Shown: positions 31,301-40,637, counted from the stretch's first letter. The stretch is 64,000 nucleotides of DNA from Candidatus Planktophila sp. (GCA_009694515.1 SHUV01000003.1:624-64623); one strand, 5' to 3'. Translations and numbers: made by a program. The notes: a model not told the origin generated them from the letters alone.

Positions 31301-31878
31301 TCCCGTTTAGCTTCAGTGATCGCTTGCCTGGCGCCATTGACCGCTGCTTTAGCTTGCAATAAATCCTGTGTGGTTTCAATCAGCAACGCATCAGAACCGG
31401 AATCGACTAAGCCTTTTGAGGCGGTGTAGTAAGCATCCTTTAACTTCTCATACGTCGTATGACCGAGGCTAGGTAGTTTGGTACCGGGGCCGAGTGAACC
31501 GAGAACGAATCGAGGTTTATCAGAAGTTGAGTAAGCGTCAGCGGCTTGTCGAGCAATAACGCCACCGGCAAATGCCAGTTCATAAATGCGGTCTTCAATT
31601 CCATACTCGGCCAGGTTCGCCCAGTTCGCGCCAAAGGTATTGGTTTCAATGGCATCAACGCCGACCTCAAGATAGGCATCGTGTACGGAGCGAACGAGAT
31701 CTGCGCGTGTCACGTTCAGAATTTCATTGCAACCTTCATGGCCCTGGAAATCTTCAAGTGAAGGATCTGCAGCCTGAAGCATCGTTCCCATCGCACCATC
31801 GGCGATGACGGTGCCGTGAGTGAGGGCACGCCGCATGAGGCCATCCACTATTTTTTGGGGGTTTTTCTCGCTCGTCAC
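28366..31878 (-). CDS. metH: Cobalamin-dependent methionine synthase
   Basis: DGAMGT, GGCCGT, IGERTN, B12-binding VKGDVHDIGKN, RYSFGYPACP. Confidence 0.97.
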   Translation of the reverse strand: MTSEKNPQKIVDGLMRRALTHGTVIADGAMGTMLQAADPSLEDFQGHEGCNEILNVTRADLVRSVHDAYLEVGVDAIETNTFGANWANLAEYGIEDRIYELAFAGGVIARQAADAYSTSDKPRFVLGSLGPGTKLPSLGHTTYEKLKDAYYTASKGLVDSGSDALLIETTQDLLQAKAAVNGARQAITEAKRDVMLIAQVTVETTGTMLLGSEIGAALNALEPLDIDLIGLNCATGPTEMSEHLRYLSKNSRVAISVMPNAGLPILGKKGAEYPLGPEELAVALETFVNDYGITLIGGCCGTTPAHMQAVVKKLAAKKVDARTITIEPGASSIYQYVPFRQEKTYLAIGERTNANGSRAFRDALVAEDWATCVEIARDQIRDGAHMLDLSVDYVGRDGARDMKEIASRFATSSTLPIVLDSTEPAVLKAGLESLGGRSVINSVNYEDGDGPTSRFAKIMPLVKEHGASVVALTIDEEGQARTAEWKMRVSRRLIADLTENWSMNVGDILIDTLTFPIATGQEETRRDGLETISAIRTLKSEYPDVQTTLGVSNVSFGLNPAARVVLNSVFLTECVEAGLDSAIVHPSKIMPMARIEPRQKEVALDLIYDRRVFDGENCTYDPLQEFLQLFEGVELAASRNIRASELAALPLRQRLERRIIDGEKVGLTDDLDAAMSEGVAPLAIINDHLLEGMKVVGELFGKGEMQLPFVLQSAEVMKSAVAYLEPHMEKTSDGGRGRMLLATVKGDVHDIGKNLVDIILSNNGYQVVNIGIKQTANQIIDAAIEHNVDAVGMSGLLVKSTVIMRENLEEITSRGLDQKWPIVLGGAALTRAYVEQDLAAIFPGEVRYARDAFEGLHLMDAIMAVKRGEEGAALPALRERKVKAVAKSTEPKVIDTLRSDVAIDIDIPKAPFFGSRIVKGITLADYVGMLDERALFVGQWGLKGARGEFDVMAESEGRPRLRQLLNEVQSNGWLEAAVVYGYFPCVSDKNDLIILHHEGPLAGQERTRFSFPRQSRDRRLCLPDFFASKDSGKTDVVAFHVVTMGNTVSKAANELFAGDKYREYLELHGLSVQLTEALAEHWHARIREEMSVRNLDSPDLQGILDQGYRGSRYSFGYPACPDIEQQTQLCELLEPGRIGVELSEEFQLHPEQSTSAIIVHHPEAKYFNAN

Positions 31879-31906
31879 ATGGCAAAGATTACCTTAAGGT
31901 GTCGCT

Positions 31907-32770
31907 GTGGAGATTCATCAAATTCCTTCTTTGCGTTCGCCTGTGATGGTTATTGCCTTTTCTGGTTGGAATGATGCGGCCGAAGCCGCGACCGGCGCTC
32001 TATCTCACCTATTAGGTTCATGGACTGATCCTTCATTTGATGTGGTCCCTGAGTTAATTGCAGATGTTGACCGAGAAGAGTTTTATGACTTTCAAGTAAA
32101 TAGACCGATGATTTATGTCGATGAATCAAGTGTTCGTAATCTGACCTGGCCAGGCACGCAAATCTACGCACTTCGCACTCCCACGCTCAATCACGACTTC
32201 ATTGTCGTACGCGGTGTTGAGCCATCTATGAAGTGGAAGACCTTTACTTCTGATCTGCTTGATCTGGCGGAAGATCTTGAGATTGATTTAGTAATCACTC
32301 TCGGTTCGATGCTGGCCGATACTCCTCATACGCGTCCAATTACTGTCAGTGGAAGTGGCGCGCATCCAGATATTGCTCAGCGTCTAGGTGTTGAGATCAG
32401 TAAATATGAAGGCCCAACTGGAATCCTCGGTGTGATTCAGGTTGCGTGCGTACAGCGCGACATAGATGCAGTTTCCCTATGGGCTGCGGTTCCTCACTAC
32501 GCATCAAATTCGCCATCACCGAAAGCATCACTTGCTCTTGTTAACGCACTGGAAGATTTCCTTCGAATCTCAATCCCGCAAGGCGCACTTCCCGAGGAAT
32601 CAACTGCTTGGGAGGTTGAGGTTACTGAGATGGCGAAAGAAGATTCTGATGTTGCAGAGTATGTGAAGGCTTTGGAAGAGAGCAAGGATGCATCTGATCT
32701 CCCAGACGTCACCGGTGAAACTATTGCTCGTGAATTAGAAAGATTCCTACGACGTCAAAACGGAAATTAG
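31907..32770 (+). CDS. PAC2 family protein (proteasome assembly chaperone-like, Rv2125-like)
   Basis: AFSGWNDAAEAA, FYDFQVNRP, ADTPHTRP, YEGPTGI, WAAVPHY, ELERFLR. Confidence 0.9.
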   Translation: MEIHQIPSLRSPVMVIAFSGWNDAAEAATGALSHLLGSWTDPSFDVVPELIADVDREEFYDFQVNRPMIYVDESSVRNLTWPGTQIYALRTPTLNHDFIVVRGVEPSMKWKTFTSDLLDLAEDLEIDLVITLGSMLADTPHTRPITVSGSGAHPDIAQRLGVEISKYEGPTGILGVIQVACVQRDIDAVSLWAAVPHYASNSPSPKASLALVNALEDFLRISIPQGALPEESTAWEVEVTEMAKEDSDVAEYVKALEESKDASDLPDVTGETIARELERFLRRQNGN

Positions 32771-34008
32771 AGCGCTAGTCCGAGCAGAGTATCTAGCGCC
32801 CGCGAAAGCTCACCCGCTTCCCCACCAATCATTCCTTCACTCGTATCTCGCATCCAGCTACGAATTATCGTCTGAACCTTCTCAGTGTCGAGATTATCGC
32901 CCAGCGCTGAAATTATCGCTGCAATAACCTCATCTGTGGGAGCAACATCTACTCGACTCAATTGCAGTCGCAGTTCATCAATCTCAGTTGATGCGTTAAC
33001 CAGAATCTCTTTATTCCACATTAGGTCCTGTGAGAATCGATGACCCATTAGTGCCCATCTAATGGCCATAGGTTCAACACCTTCTGCAACGAGCTGAGAG
33101 ACAAAGAGCAAATTTCCCTTTGACTTACTCATCTTCTCGCCATCAAGACCAATCATTCCCGCATGAACATACGTACGAGCAAATCGCTGCCGCCCAATGA
33201 TTCGACTTTGAGCAGATGACATTTCATGATGTGGAAAAATCAGATCACTGCCCCCACCTTGAATATCAATTGCAAAGTCATCCTTAGTATCAGGCTGCAG
33301 ATAATGAAGTGCGATGGCACAACATTCGATGTGCCAGCCAGGTCGACCCATGCCGAAGGGACTCGCCCAGTCAGGTTCTCCTTCACGTTGAGCTAGCCAG
33401 AGAAGAGCATCGAACGGATTCTCTTTGCCAGGACGTTGTGGGTCTCCCCCGCGTTCGGCGAAGATGGAAAGCATTTGTTCATCTGTGTAATGAGAACGTG
33501 TGCCGAATTCTTCATCTGAGTGAATTCTAAAATAAAGATCATTTTCGACGCTATAGGTGGTGCCTGACTCCTGAAGCTTCACAATTGATTCCACAACCAA
33601 CGGCATCGCTTCAACTACGCCTACATAGTGTTGTGGCGGTAGTACGTGCAGATCAGCCATATCTCCGCGAAAAAGATCTATCTGCGAACTAGCAAGTGTT
33701 TCCCAATCAATTCCATCGCGCGCAGCGCGCTCTAAGAGTGGGTCATCGATATCAGTAATGTTTTGAACAAAGCGCACCTCCGCCCCGGTTGCCTTTAGAT
33801 AGCGATGAATTAGATCAAAAGTTAGATAGGTGGCTGCGTGTCCTAGATGCGTTGCATCGTATGGAGTAATGCCGCACACATACATCCGGTAGACAGGCTT
33901 TGTCGGAAGTGCTTCGACTCTTTTGGTAGCGGTGTTCAATAATGAAAGAGGCTCGAATGAGAATCTGGATGAGAGCTTAGGGACGTAAATCTCTGGCCAG
34001 GCACGCAT
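32767..34008 (-). CDS. mshC: Mycothiol biosynthesis ligase MshC
   Basis: MYVCGITPYDATHLGH, GRPGWHIEC, GGGSDLIFPHHE, KMSKSKGNL; lacks an anticodon-binding domain. Confidence 0.93.
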   Translation of the reverse strand: MRAWPEIYVPKLSSRFSFEPLSLLNTATKRVEALPTKPVYRMYVCGITPYDATHLGHAATYLTFDLIHRYLKATGAEVRFVQNITDIDDPLLERAARDGIDWETLASSQIDLFRGDMADLHVLPPQHYVGVVEAMPLVVESIVKLQESGTTYSVENDLYFRIHSDEEFGTRSHYTDEQMLSIFAERGGDPQRPGKENPFDALLWLAQREGEPDWASPFGMGRPGWHIECCAIALHYLQPDTKDDFAIDIQGGGSDLIFPHHEMSSAQSRIIGRQRFARTYVHAGMIGLDGEKMSKSKGNLLFVSQLVAEGVEPMAIRWALMGHRFSQDLMWNKEILVNASTEIDELRLQLSRVDVAPTDEVIAAIISALGDNLDTEKVQTIIRSWMRDTSEGMIGGEAGELSRALDTLLGLAL

Positions 34009-34022
34009 ATCGTAACTTTAAC

Positions 34023-34724
34023 TTAAAAAGGAGGCCATGGCACGGCAGGCCAATCTTCACTTGGAGTTGGAAATTTCCCAGACTCCATGAGGCATTCGAT
34101 TCTTGCAATGAGGGCGCTAAATTCAATTTCAGTGATTAATCGATGCAGGACTTCTGAGTCAGTGCGCAAGGTGGTTACTAATGCACCTAAGGTCATTAAC
34201 TCCTCTGGAGTGAACTCACGCTCTGCAAACTGCCAAATGACGGTGCGCAACTTGTTCTCTTCGTGGAAAGTAACACCATGATCACAACCTAGGAGACTTC
34301 CATCGCTGACTGGTAACAAGTGACCTATCTTGCGATCTGTATTGTTAATGACAGCGTCGAATAGAGCCATTCGGCGAAGGTTCTCGTTATCTTTTCGGTA
34401 GTACAAAGCCAAATCGATTGACTCATCGATATTAATCCACTGCTGAACCATTCCTAAACCGAATGGTCCCTCGCGTAATACGGTGGGAGGGACAACTCTC
34501 CAACCGGAATATTCACTTATTAAATAGGACGCGTACTCACGGTGAGCCAAGTTTCCATCCGGAAAATCCCAAAGGGGTCGTTCTCCTGCGATGGGCTTAT
34601 ATATGACAGCCATCTTCTCATTATTTAAGGTGCATTCGCCATAGAGAGTGGCATTAGAGGCATCAACTAGTCGACCGGTTACCTCAAGACTTCCGGTAAG
34701 CAGGTGTTCAATGACCTGACTCAT
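34023..34724 (-). CDS. SCO1664-family PI3/4-kinase-like protein
   Basis: ASNAT, YKPIAGERPLWDFPDG, FDAVINNTDRKIGH, DHG, PWPPF; mshC neighbourhood. Confidence 0.88.
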   Translation of the reverse strand: MSQVIEHLLTGSLEVTGRLVDASNATLYGECTLNNEKMAVIYKPIAGERPLWDFPDGNLAHREYASYLISEYSGWRVVPPTVLREGPFGLGMVQQWINIDESIDLALYYRKDNENLRRMALFDAVINNTDRKIGHLLPVSDGSLLGCDHGVTFHEENKLRTVIWQFAEREFTPEELMTLGALVTTLRTDSEVLHRLITEIEFSALIARIECLMESGKFPTPSEDWPAVPWPPF

Positions 34725-35272
34725 CTGCGGTAACCATTTGATCGCGGACATAGATGACCTTTGAGATCTAACGGTCCACCACAAAATGGACACGGCTGGC
34801 GCCCTGCGCCCACCACGATGAAGGCTCGCTTGGAGAATCGATCGGCTTCACTTGGAGTAATTAACACTCTCAAAATATCTTGATCGCCTGTTAAATCATC
34901 GACATCTATGAATTCTGGATCCTGATCGCTACCCTCATTAATAGCCTGGAAATCTACTTGAATCAAGCCCTGCTCTGCATCGAAAGCTAAGCCGATTACT
35001 CCAACACGAAACTCTTCCTCGATTGGAGTACTTAGCGGTGCATCATCTTTAACAAGACGGGAAAAGCTAACGCTCGGGTTGTTCTGCTTGATATCTCGAA
35101 TTGTATAGAGCAGACGATCTGCAAGCGCTTGAACCTGTGTTTTCTCCAAGGAGACAGAGATTAAGCGGGTACCGCTCTGAGCTTGAATGAAGAATGTCCG
35201 TTCCCCTGGCTGACCTACCGTGCCGACCGTAAATCTCTCTGGTTGTTGGAAAAGAATAATCTGCGAACTCAT
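34721..35272 (-). CDS. DUF3090 family protein
   Basis: RFTVGTVGQPGERTFFIQA, LEKTQV, AGRQPCPFCGGPLD..GHLCPRSNG. Confidence 0.88.
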   Translation of the reverse strand: MSSQIILFQQPERFTVGTVGQPGERTFFIQAQSGTRLISVSLEKTQVQALADRLLYTIRDIKQNNPSVSFSRLVKDDAPLSTPIEEEFRVGVIGLAFDAEQGLIQVDFQAINEGSDQDPEFIDVDDLTGDQDILRVLITPSEADRFSKRAFIVVGAGRQPCPFCGGPLDLKGHLCPRSNGYRR

Positions 35273-35961
35273 TTCTTCTTGCGCCCGACAGCTCCGGCTC
35301 CGCCGCCAAGTAGCATTTTCTTGGGACGCGAACCTGATAGTGAGCCTTCTAGGTGCGTGAGATTGTCATTAAAAAGTATTAATCGTGCGCTTTCTCCATC
35401 ATATTCAAGCATGGTAATCGACGCGGGATCGATTACTAAAGACTGAAAATTATCAAGTTTCATTTTCAATAAACTAGCAACCATTGCCTTAATGACATCG
35501 CCGTGACTGACAAACAAGTGAGTGCCCTTTGCTCTTTCTAAAACCGCATCTCTAATTGACGCCACAGCTCTCTTTTGCATGGCTGTCATACGTTCGCCCT
35601 GTGGAAATTCAACCTTGCTCGGAGTCTTCTGTATTACTTTCCAGAGGGGTTGCTTTGCCAATGAGTTGAGTTTCTTGCCACTCCAATTGCCGTAATTCAT
35701 CTCAATTAGTTTCTCATCGAGAATGAATTTCTTTAGTCCATTTGAGTTCGAAGATTCCAGCCAAGGCGCAAGCGTCTCCTGACAGCGTTGCATCGGACTC
35801 ATGCGAATCGAATCAAATGAGACTCTCCCAATGCGATCTATCAAATCAACAGCCTGTTCGGTCCCTTTTTTACTGAGAGAGATACCAGGCAATTGCCCGG
35901 CCAAAATTCCAGATTCATTGGCGATTGAATGTGCATGTCTTAGAAGGATTATTCGCGCCAC
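35269..35961 (-). CDS. Histidine phosphatase family protein (MSMEG_4193-like)
   Basis: LLRHA, SPMQRCQET, VSHGDVIK, tail LGGGAG. Confidence 0.88.
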   Translation of the reverse strand: MARIILLRHAHSIANESGILAGQLPGISLSKKGTEQAVDLIDRIGRVSFDSIRMSPMQRCQETLAPWLESSNSNGLKKFILDEKLIEMNYGNWSGKKLNSLAKQPLWKVIQKTPSKVEFPQGERMTAMQKRAVASIRDAVLERAKGTHLFVSHGDVIKAMVASLLKMKLDNFQSLVIDPASITMLEYDGESARLILFNDNLTHLEGSLSGSRPKKMLLGGGAGAVGRKKK

Positions 35962-36028
35962 AACACGAAGGTTATCGCTAAATTTCTAATCACGACTTTT
36001 CTGCTATCTCCTTGCTAAGGTCTGCGTC

Positions 36029-36973
36029 ATGGAGATGCGACGGGCTGGAAATAGTGGCCTCACACTCTCTCGGCTGGGTCTAGGCACCATGACATGGGGT
36101 CGTGATACCGATACGCACGAAGCTGCTGATCAATGCCGTGCCTATATCGAAGCTGGCGGCAACTTCCTTGATACCTCTCCTACCTTTGGCGATGGGGATA
36201 GTGAGCGAGTTATTGGTGGACTGATTGGAACTCTTTTTAACCGCTCCGATGTAGTGATTTCTACGAAAGCAGGTGTCTCACATCCAGGTGGTGTTCGCAC
36301 AGTAAATAACTCTCGCACCGCTCTAATTGCAGAATTAGATAAATCACTATCGCGACTAGAATCTGATTATGTCGATATCTGGCAGATTCAGATGTGGGAT
36401 GAGCACACCCCGCTAGAAGACACTCTCTCCGCACTCGATTACGCATACACATCGGGAAAAGCTCGACATGTTGGAGTTTCAAATTTCTCTGGCTGGCAAA
36501 GTGCACGAGCAATCACCATTCAAGAGAGTAATTCCGCAAAAGCACCGATAGTCTCAAATCAGATTGAATACTCGCTGCTTAATCGAAGTGCTGAGGAAGA
36601 AATACTTCCCTGTGCTCGAGCAACTGGGATTGGGGCTTTAGCTTGGGCGCCCTTGGGTCGTGGTGTCTTAACAGGAAAATATCGCTCTGGCATTCCAAGT
36701 GACTCTCGTGCCGCCGCACCACATTTTGTGAAACATGTTGAACCCTATTTGAATGAGAAGTCAACGCGAATCGTTGAAGCAGTATCTGTGGCAGCGACAG
36801 GTCTTGGTTATTCACCTTTGGAAGTTGCACTTGCTTGGGTACGAGACACCCCTGGAATAACGAGTGCGATAGTGGGCGCAAGAACCGGCGGACAACTTCG
36901 TGGAATTTTGAAATCCGAAGAAATATCCTTGCCAGATATCGTGCGCAGCGTGCTGGATGAAATTTCAGATTAA
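36029..36973 (+). CDS. Aldo/keto reductase
   Basis: LGLGTMTWG, ISTKAG, VGVSNFSGWQ, QIEYSLLNR, WAPLGRGVLTGKY. Confidence 0.92.
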   Translation: MEMRRAGNSGLTLSRLGLGTMTWGRDTDTHEAADQCRAYIEAGGNFLDTSPTFGDGDSERVIGGLIGTLFNRSDVVISTKAGVSHPGGVRTVNNSRTALIAELDKSLSRLESDYVDIWQIQMWDEHTPLEDTLSALDYAYTSGKARHVGVSNFSGWQSARAITIQESNSAKAPIVSNQIEYSLLNRSAEEEILPCARATGIGALAWAPLGRGVLTGKYRSGIPSDSRAAAPHFVKHVEPYLNEKSTRIVEAVSVAATGLGYSPLEVALAWVRDTPGITSAIVGARTGGQLRGILKSEEISLPDIVRSVLDEISD

Positions 36974-38286
36974 GCGTTCTCTAGAAATTCCTTTAGTACA
37001 TGAACCCCAAAATGAAGGCCAGAGATTGGCACACGTTCATCTACCCCATGGAATAAGGACATGAAATCCAAGTCTTGTGGCAGCCGCAGCGGGCTAAATC
37101 CATAACCTATGATTCCAAGTTCAGATAGCGCCTTGTTATCAGTTCCTCCGCTCATGACATATGGAACGGGAATACCTTCAGGATCATGGACTAGAATTGC
37201 AGCACACATCGCATCCACTAGGTCTCCTTCAAAATCAACCTCAAGTGCAATATCGCGAGTAATGGTTTCTATTTCAATATCTGGACCAATAATCGATTGA
37301 ATTGTGGCATTAAGTTCATCTTCATAACCCGGTAAAAATCGTCCGTCAATGACAGCCGAAGCAGATGCCGGAATAACGTTCTCCTTATATCCAGCTTCCA
37401 ACATCGTTGGGTTAGCTGTGTTCTGCAACGTTGCTCCCACCATTCGAGCGGTTGGTCCAATCTCTGCTAACAAAGGCGTGAGATCTGCCGGATTAAAAGG
37501 TTTGCCAGTTGCTTGCGCAATTTTTTCGAAGAGTATCTTGACTGTCTTTGTATATCTCTGGGGCCATTGGTAGCGACCAATCTTGGCTACCGCTTCCGTA
37601 ATCAAAGTAATCGCATTCTCATCATTCATCATCGAACCGTGACCAGCGCGGCCATGTGCTGTGATTTTCATCCAGTGAATGCCTTTTTGCGCAGCCTCGA
37701 TAAAATATAAACGTTTTCCACCAGTAACGGTGACTGAAAAACCACCCACTTCTGATATTGCCTCGGTGCACCCAGCGAAAACTTCAGGATGCTTGGCAGT
37801 CATAAACCGAGAACCGTAAGAACTCCCCGCTTCTTCATCGGCAAAAAAAGCTAAGACAATATCTCGCTGTGGTTGATATCCAGTGCGGGACCATTCGCGA
37901 ACCACGGCCAAAATCATCGCGTCCATATTCTTCATATCCACTGCCCCGCGACCCCAGATCATGCCATCGCGAATTTCGGCTGCGAAGGGATCTACCGACC
38001 ACTCACTAGCGTTTGCGGGAACAACATCGAGATGACCGTGGACAACTAAGCCACCCAGTGAGCTATCTTTTCCGGGTATACGCGCAATCACATTGCAGCG
38101 ATTGGGAGCAGATTCGTAAATATCTGCTCTGATACCAACTTCAGCGAGTGAGGCAACAACATATTGTGCACATACCTTTTCATCTCCCTTGCCTTCTCCA
38201 TAATTTACTGAAGGGATTCGAATGAGATCTTGGCAGATAGAGACAACTTCATTCTCAATCCTGCTCGACTTCTCTGCGCTACTCAT
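36970..38286 (-). CDS. M20/M25/M40 family metallo-hydrolase
   Basis: HGHLDVVPA, GRGAVDMK, ADEEAG, GGTD, HGVDERVP. Start placed at ATG 38286. Confidence 0.92.
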   Translation of the reverse strand: MSSAEKSSRIENEVVSICQDLIRIPSVNYGEGKGDEKVCAQYVVASLAEVGIRADIYESAPNRCNVIARIPGKDSSLGGLVVHGHLDVVPANASEWSVDPFAAEIRDGMIWGRGAVDMKNMDAMILAVVREWSRTGYQPQRDIVLAFFADEEAGSSYGSRFMTAKHPEVFAGCTEAISEVGGFSVTVTGGKRLYFIEAAQKGIHWMKITAHGRAGHGSMMNDENAITLITEAVAKIGRYQWPQRYTKTVKILFEKIAQATGKPFNPADLTPLLAEIGPTARMVGATLQNTANPTMLEAGYKENVIPASASAVIDGRFLPGYEDELNATIQSIIGPDIEIETITRDIALEVDFEGDLVDAMCAAILVHDPEGIPVPYVMSGGTDNKALSELGIIGYGFSPLRLPQDLDFMSLFHGVDERVPISGLHFGVHVLKEFLENA

Positions 38287-38401
38287 GGTCGTATTCTGCC
38301 CTTTCATAGCTCTCTTTTGCGCCCATGGCGCCAGGTTGATATCGTTACCCAGTTATTTCGACTCGAGCGCATAAGATTTATCTTCTAGCGAGCGGGTACT
38401 C

Positions 38402-38485
38402 GTCCGGGTGGCGGAATTGGCAGACGCGCTAGCTTGAGGTGCTAGTTCTCGCAAGGGATTCGGGGTTCAAGTCCCCGTTCGGACA
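38402..38485 (+). tRNA. tRNA-Leu (anticodon GAG), CCA not encoded
   Basis: Acceptor GTCCGGG/TTCGGAC, D-arm GCGGAATTGGCAGACGC, anticodon arm CTAGC-TTGAGGT-GCTAG, long variable arm with GCAA loop, T-arm CGGGG-TTCAAGT-CCCCG. Confidence 0.96.
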
Positions 38486-38504
38486 CAGTTACGGTGGTGC
38501 AACT

Positions 38505-39032
38505 ATGGATATCAGTCAAGCACTTGCATTGATTAGACCTATCCCGGATTTCCCTAAACCTGGGATCCTTTTTCAAGATATTTCCCCGTTACTGGCCAAT
38601 CCGCAGGCATTTGCCACCGTCATATCGGCCCTCGCTGCTGTTACAGATGATGTTGACTATGTGGCCGCACTCGATGCACGCGGGTTCATCTTGGGCAGTG
38701 CCGTGGCCCTGGAAAAGAAAGTCGGATTCATCCCAATCCGTAAATCTGGAAAATTACCTTACACAACTTTTTCGCGCAGTTACAGCTTGGAGTATGGCCA
38801 GGACGAATTAGAGATTCATACGGATGCGATGAAGGCCGGTTCACGAGTTCTTCTCATCGATGATGTGTTGGCAACGGGTGGAACTTTAAAGGCTGCAATT
38901 TTGCTCATTCAAGATCTGGGAGCTGTTGTTGTGAGCGCCGCGGTTCTCTTGGAGATTCCAGAATTAGCAGGTCGGGCAAACATTGCAAAACTGGACTCCG
39001 GCCCTCCCATATTCTCACTCTCGCTAAAATAG
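38505..39032 (+). CDS. apt: Adenine phosphoribosyltransferase
   Basis: IPDFPKPGILFQDI, DARGF, RKSGKLP, LEYG, IDDVLATGGT. True start 38505; the longer ORF overlaps the tRNA. Confidence 0.95.
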   Translation: MDISQALALIRPIPDFPKPGILFQDISPLLANPQAFATVISALAAVTDDVDYVAALDARGFILGSAVALEKKVGFIPIRKSGKLPYTTFSRSYSLEYGQDELEIHTDAMKAGSRVLLIDDVLATGGTLKAAILLIQDLGAVVVSAAVLLEIPELAGRANIAKLDSGPPIFSLSLK

Positions 39033-39094
39033 CTTTAGATTCAGTCTGTTTTTGGATGAGAGAATATTGAGGCGATTCATGGCAGGATTCCCAC

Positions 39095-39742
39095 GTGGCT
39101 GAGTTGATTTACTACTGCGGAACGATGGATTCGGGTAAGTCAACCCTGGCACTGCAAACCGCGCATAACCATAAGTCACGTGGTCGAACTGGGCTGATCT
39201 TTACGAGTAAGGATCGTGCTGGCGCAGGTCTCATTAGTTCTCGTTTAGGGTTGCAATCTGAAGCAATTGAAGTTGAAAGCTCACTGGATATTCATAAATT
39301 TGTGGTTGATCACTTATCTGCTGGTGACCGCATCGATTACATCATCTGTGACGAAGCTCAGTTCTACCAGCCGGATCAAATCGATGGTCTGGCAAAGATT
39401 GTTGATGGACTAGGTATTGATGTCTACGCATTTGGAATTCTCGCAGATTTTAGAACCAAACTCTTTCCGGGTTCAGCCAGGCTAGTCGAACTTGCCGATC
39501 GTGTGAATACCCTGCAAGTTGAAGCCCTCTGCTGGTGCGGATCACGTGCAACACATAACGCTCGTACGATTAATGGCGTTATGGTGACTGAAGGCGAACA
39601 AGTGGTGGTCGGAGATGTCGGCAGAAGTGATGAGGTTGCCTATGAAGTTCTTTGCCGCAGACACCATATGCGCCAAGTTACAGCTCGCGCATCACGAGCT
39701 GGTCATATAAGTTCTGACCCTTTGCCTTTTACTGAAATCTAA
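39095..39742 (+). CDS. tdk: Thymidine kinase
   Basis: GTMDSGKST, CDEAQF, GILADFR...LFPGS, Zn motifs CWCG and YEVLCRRH. Confidence 0.93.
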   Translation: MAELIYYCGTMDSGKSTLALQTAHNHKSRGRTGLIFTSKDRAGAGLISSRLGLQSEAIEVESSLDIHKFVVDHLSAGDRIDYIICDEAQFYQPDQIDGLAKIVDGLGIDVYAFGILADFRTKLFPGSARLVELADRVNTLQVEALCWCGSRATHNARTINGVMVTEGEQVVVGDVGRSDEVAYEVLCRRHHMRQVTARASRAGHISSDPLPFTEI

Positions 39743-39762
39743 ATCAGAGAAATAGAGGAAAG

Positions 39763-39887
39763 ATGAATACCCATGCATATGCAGCGATGAGTGCTGGAGC
39801 AGATCTGGTCCCATATCAATTCGATTGACGCGTATCGTGGCAAGTGATGTGAAGTTTCGCTTTGTGATTGACACCTCCGCGCTTTAA
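39763..39887 (+). pseudogene. Internally deleted NADP-dependent Zn alcohol dehydrogenase (AdhC/YahK-like) relic
   Basis: SD GAGGAAAG, then MNTHAYAAMSAGADLVPYQFD*, followed in another frame by RIVASDVKFRFVIDTSAL*. These match the extreme N- and C-termini of the family. Confidence 0.8.
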
Positions 39888-40615
39888 ATCGAATGTAGAA
39901 CTGTTGCCAGCACTGGCGCGATAACTAGGGCTGGCAACAGATTTGCTACCGATACCTTCTTAATATTAAGTAGTCGTAGTCCAATGCCTACGAGCATCAG
40001 CCCGCCACAGATAGTCATGGCATCAATTTGGTATTGCTCAAGAACTGATCCTGCAAAGAAACCGATAATCGTCCAGAAGCCCTGGTAGATCCCGACCGGA
40101 ATGATAGATGCCATCACGCCTATTCCTAGGGTCGATGCGAATGCCATCGCGGCAAAGAAGTCGAGTGAAGACTTAAGAATCAATTGATCTAGACCTTGAG
40201 ACATGCCATCGCTGACGCTGCCAAGGATTGCGAGTGGGCCGATGACAAACAACAGTGAAGCACTGACGAAGCCCTCAACGAAGGGACTATCATTTGAAGC
40301 CCTAAATCTTCTTCTTAGATTCTCGCCAAAGTTCTCAACTCGTTTCTCAATCTTCAGAGCGGTTCCGAGTAAACCTCCGATAAGCATGGATGCCAACACC
40401 AAAAGAAGCGGTGATCCATCCGGAAGTGATTGCCTAAATTCATTTGACCATAGTGGCAAGAGCGCTGAAGTTGCACCCAATAGGGTGATAAGTCCGAGCA
40501 CATCAGTAATCATCTTCTGTGAATTCTTAGGTAATCGACCTCCCAAGGCGATTCCTATGGCAGCACCTACGATGATGGTGAGCAAATTGATTACTGTTCC
40601 GAGGCCTACAAACAT
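39884..40615 (-). CDS. DUF554 family membrane protein
   Basis: GTVINLLTIIVG, FVEGFVSASLLFVIGPLAILGS, LKSSLDFF, VANLLPAL. Confidence 0.9.
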   Translation of the reverse strand: MFVGLGTVINLLTIIVGAAIGIALGGRLPKNSQKMITDVLGLITLLGATSALLPLWSNEFRQSLPDGSPLLLVLASMLIGGLLGTALKIEKRVENFGENLRRRFRASNDSPFVEGFVSASLLFVIGPLAILGSVSDGMSQGLDQLILKSSLDFFAAMAFASTLGIGVMASIIPVGIYQGFWTIIGFFAGSVLEQYQIDAMTICGGLMLVGIGLRLLNIKKVSVANLLPALVIAPVLATVLHSI

Positions 40616-40637
40616 TCATCCACTATAGACTCAGCAA

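Noticed and set aside
38439-38504. N-terminal extension of apt
   Set aside because: It overlaps the tRNA-Leu gene; Apt homology starts at ATG 38505.
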